A DNA stretch of 64,000 bases from Leucoraja ocellata. Taxonomy: Eukaryota. How positions within the stretch are numbered: the stretch's first letter is position 1; each line of letters begins with the position of its first letter. The position numbers and the translations under genes were made by a program. Below the pieces are notes generated by a model. It did no database searches. It was not told where the DNA came from and saw nothing but the letters and a program-made list of their open reading frames with translations. The stretch is from contig JAWMAR010000242.1 in assembly GCA_036785375.1 (NCBI GenBank), positions 3,534,001 to 3,598,000 on the forward strand, read 5' to 3'. Below are positions 60,572-64,000 of the stretch, piece by piece.

Positions 60572-61404
60572 TCTCCAGATTCAGGGACAGTTTCTTCCCA
60601 GCTGTTATCAGGCAAATAAACCACCCTACCACAACTAGAGAGCAGTCCTGAACTACTATCTATCTCATCGGTGACCTTTGGACTATCTTTGTTCATGCGT
60701 TACTGGCTTTACCTTGCACTAAACGTTATTCCCTTATCATGTGTACACGTGTCAGAATCTATACATTGTAAAATGGCTTTATATGTAATCATGCATTGTC
60801 TTTCCGGTGACTGGTTAGCACGCAGCAAAAGCTGTTCACTGTACCTCGGTACACATGACAATAAACTAAACTAAACTGAACTGGTGAAAGCAGAAACCCT
60901 CGACATGTTTAAACAACTTTGGGATGTGTTCTTTGAGGTCCGTTGACCCTTGTGACTATGGGCCTTGTACCAGAGAGTGGTATTGGTCTATTTTTATGTC
61001 CAGTGCATAAAAATTAGACCAAATCTGCTCTTTCTCTTTTATGAATGATTATTTATGATTCCCGGTTGTCGGACTGATGGTTTGTGGCGATGGCAAAATT
61101 CCACAACTTCCAATGAGTCGTCAGTGAATTGTTGCATGTTCCAAGTCACAAAATCAAAGAACTTCTCATTCTGAGTGAGAAACAGTGAGGAACCTAAGAA
61201 CACAAGAATACAGGAGAATAGGCCAAACATATACTCTCATCCTCATGGTACCCAAGAGGACACAGTTTCAAAGAATCAAATATATACATCACACAAAGAA
61301 AGACACAAACCTTATGTTACACTCACTCTGGGCTACACCACTTAAGATGAACATAACATCAGAGGTAGCACACAGCAGATGTAGGGTCAGCACATCACAG
61401 CGAT

Positions 61405-61707
61405 GGGCAGTGTGTAGCAGTAGAGCTACTGCCTTACAGCGCCAGAGACCCAGGTTCAATCCTGACAACGGGTGCTGTCTGTACCGAGTTTGTACGTTCT
61501 CCCCATGACCTGAGTGAGTTTTCTCTGAGATCTTCGGTTTCCTCCCACAATCCAAAGACGTACAGGTTTGTAGGTTAATTGGCTTGGATTAAATGTAAAT
61601 TGTCCCTAGTGTGTGTAGGGTAATGTTAATATGCAGGGATTGCTGGTCAGTATGGACTCGAAGCGCCGAAGGGCCTGTTTCCGCGTCGATTCTCTAAACT
61701 AAACTAA
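61405..61707 (+). mobile_element. HE1-like V-SINE
   Basis: B-box GGTTCAATCC, V-domain, (CTAAA)n tail. Confidence 0.88.
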
Positions 61708-62084
61708 GCAGAAGGTATATTACTTCAATAATCAAAATATATCTCCACAGAAAGACAACAACTCAAAATCACACAACAAAAAAACAAATATAAACAAAAT
61801 TATTGCCTGAGCTTTTGAGATAGCAAATGGAGTATGGATCGAACCTTGTTTTGAAAACTTCAGTACATTCCAACTTAATAAAGTTGATAACGCAAGGTAT
61901 ACACCATAGAGATTACGATGGGCCTATGGATAATATGGGACAGAATCCATCTCTATCCTGTACCATAACTGATAAGCAATGTGTTGTTTCCATGCTGTAT
62001 CTTTGAAAGAAACTAAACTAACATGATGTATCAACTCATCATTAAGAGAGAGGGAAATAGACAATTTGACCCTACTCATGCAGA

Positions 62085-63640
62085 CTAACGGCACAGAAAC
62101 AGGCATCTTAGCCCATCTCGTTCACACCAACCAACTTGCCCCATCTAAACTAGTTGTTTGCCCGCATTTAGCCCAAAATCCTCCAAAGCTTTTCTATTCA
62201 TTTATCTGTCCAAATGTCTTTTAAATGGTGTTATGGTACCTGCTTCAACTACCTCCTCCAACAGCTCATTCCATGTATCCACCAGGCTCTGAGTAAAAAT
62301 GCTGCCCTCAGTTTCTTATTTAATCTTTACCCTTGCAAATGATAAAAGGACTGGACAAGCTAGATGCAGGAATAATGTTCCCAACGTTGGGCGAGTCCAG
62401 AACCAGGGGCCACAGTCTTAGAATAAAGGGGAGGCCATTTAAGACTGAGGTGAGAAAAACTTTTTCACCAGAGAGTTGTGAATTTGTGGAATTCCCTGCC
62501 ACAGAGGGCAGTGGAAGCCAAGTCATTGGGTGGATTTAAGAGAGAGTTAGATAGACCGCTAGGGGCTAGTGGAATCAAGGGATATGGGGAGAAGGCAGGC
62601 ACGGGTTATTGATAGGGGACGATCAGCCATGGTCACAATGAATGGCGGTGCTGGCTCGAAGGGCTGAATGGCCTCCTCCTGCACCTATTTTCTATGTTTC
62701 TATGTATCTTAAACCTAGGCCTTCTAGTTCTTGACCCCCCTACCCTGAGATAAAAGACTATGCATGCACCCTATCAATTCCCTGCATGATTTTATACACA
62801 TCCATAACGTCACCATTTTCCTGCACTCCAAGGAATAAACTGCAGACGATGAGTCCATTGAGTCCTGGCAGCATCCTTGTAAATCTTCTTTGCACTCTAT
62901 CCAGCTCAGTGACATCCTTCCTATATTAGGGTGACCAGAATTGAACACAATACTCCAAATGTGGTCTCACCAACTGCAACCTGACATCCAAACTTCTATA
63001 CTCACTACCCTGACTGATGAAGGCTGATGCACCAAAAGCCTTCTTTACCACTGACATTACTTTCAGGGAACTGTGTACCTGTACTGCTAGATCCCTCTGC
63101 TCTACAATATTCTCTGATACATAGCATTCACGGATAAGGTTGTAGCCTGGTTTGACTTCCTAAAATGCAACACCTTGCACCTATCTGCATTAGACTCCAT
63201 TCAACGTTTCTTAGCCAACTTTATCGCAGCTGATCAAAATCCTGCTGTGATTATTAATAACTATCTTCACTGTCTCCGACTCCACCTTGCTTTCGTGTCA
63301 GCTGCAAACTTACTGATCAACCCTTGTACATTATACACCACAAACAGCAATGGGCTCAGCACCGATCGAGGCATATCAGTACTCACAGGCCTCCAGCCAG
63401 AAAAGCAATCTAATATCACCCTCCTCTGCTTCATTTAATGAAGCCAATTCTGTACCCAGTCATTTAGCTCTCCCTGGATCCCATGCAATCTAACTCTTCA
63501 GAGCAGCCAACCATGCTGAACCGTATCAGAAGCCTTACTGTTTATATAGTAATGCCTTGCCCTTGTCGACCTTCTTACTTACTTCTACAAAAAGCTCAAT
63601 CAAATTCATGAGGTACGATCTCCCAGATACAAAACCATGC
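62085..63640 (-). mobile_element. Degenerate CR1 LINE with an oppositely oriented younger CR1 3' fragment nested at about 62335-62705
   Basis: Minus-strand RT and C-terminal remnants. The plus-strand insert encodes IKGLDKLDAG...GESRTRGHSLRIKGRPFKTE and ends in (CTATGTTT)n. Confidence 0.82.
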
Positions 63641-63644
63641 TGTC

Positions 63645-64000
63645 CTGCAAAGACTCTATCCCAATTCCTCCGTCTACGCTGCACCTGCGCCCAAGATGAG
63701 GTTCCACACCATCACATCCGAGACGTCCTCGTTCTTTATGGAATGAGGGTTTCCCTCTTCCACATTAGATGAGGCCCTCACACAGGGCCTCACATATCCC
63801 ACAGCTCTGCCCTTGCTCCCCCTCCCCCCCAGTTGCAACAGGGACAGAGTCCCCCTAGTCCTCACCTTTCACCCCCATCCGCCATCGCATACAGCACATA
63901 ATCCGCTGGCATTGTCACCACCTTCAACGGGATCCCACCACCTCACATCATCCCATCTCCACCCCTTTCCGTTTTCCACAGAGACGGTTCCCTCTGCAAC
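63645..64000 (+). mobile_element. Penelope-like element internal fragment (runs off the window)
   Basis: Reverse-complement similarity to 16650-17000 (caattcctccgtctacg..., gacagagtccccctagtcctcacctttcacccc). Confidence 0.85.

Noticed and set aside
45980-64000. JPH3 MORN-repeat exons and an HDL2-equivalent CTG repeat
   Set aside because: No YxGxW MORN motifs or CTG trinucleotide run were seen; these parts should lie beyond the window.

Overview
Eukaryotic (vertebrate) genomic DNA, most likely from a cartilaginous fish (skate/ray/shark), judging by the HE1-type V-SINEs, HER1/CR1 LINEs and a SacSINE1-like DeuSINE. It contains the 3' half of junctophilin-3 (JPH3) on the minus strand as three spliceable coding exons: 45979-45855, 15407-14524 and 5803-5723 (C-terminal ER/SR transmembrane anchor plus stop). 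All have canonical AG/GT sites and compatible phases; the MORN-repeat exons lie beyond the right edge. The introns (about 30.4 kb and 8.7 kb, plus more than 18 kb of intron 2) are packed with mobile DNA: nested CR1 LINEs, Rex1/Babar and RTE LINE fragments, Penelope-like elements (RT + GIY-YIG), V-SINEs, DeuSINEs, two Harbinger-like MITEs, a non-autonomous Helitron, a sub-TIR Mutator/Phantom-like element, and G/C-rich and 21-bp tandem repeats. There are three assembly gaps. The most striking pattern is a dispersed family of 125-210 bp fold-back mini-elements derived from the Penelope 3' pseudo-LTR. Each is flanked by a 10-15 bp target-site duplication, and the hairpin turn falls at or near a minimal hammerhead-ribozyme motif (CUGAnGA-stem II-GAAAC-GUC). 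All family assignments are from recognition by eye; no database search was run.
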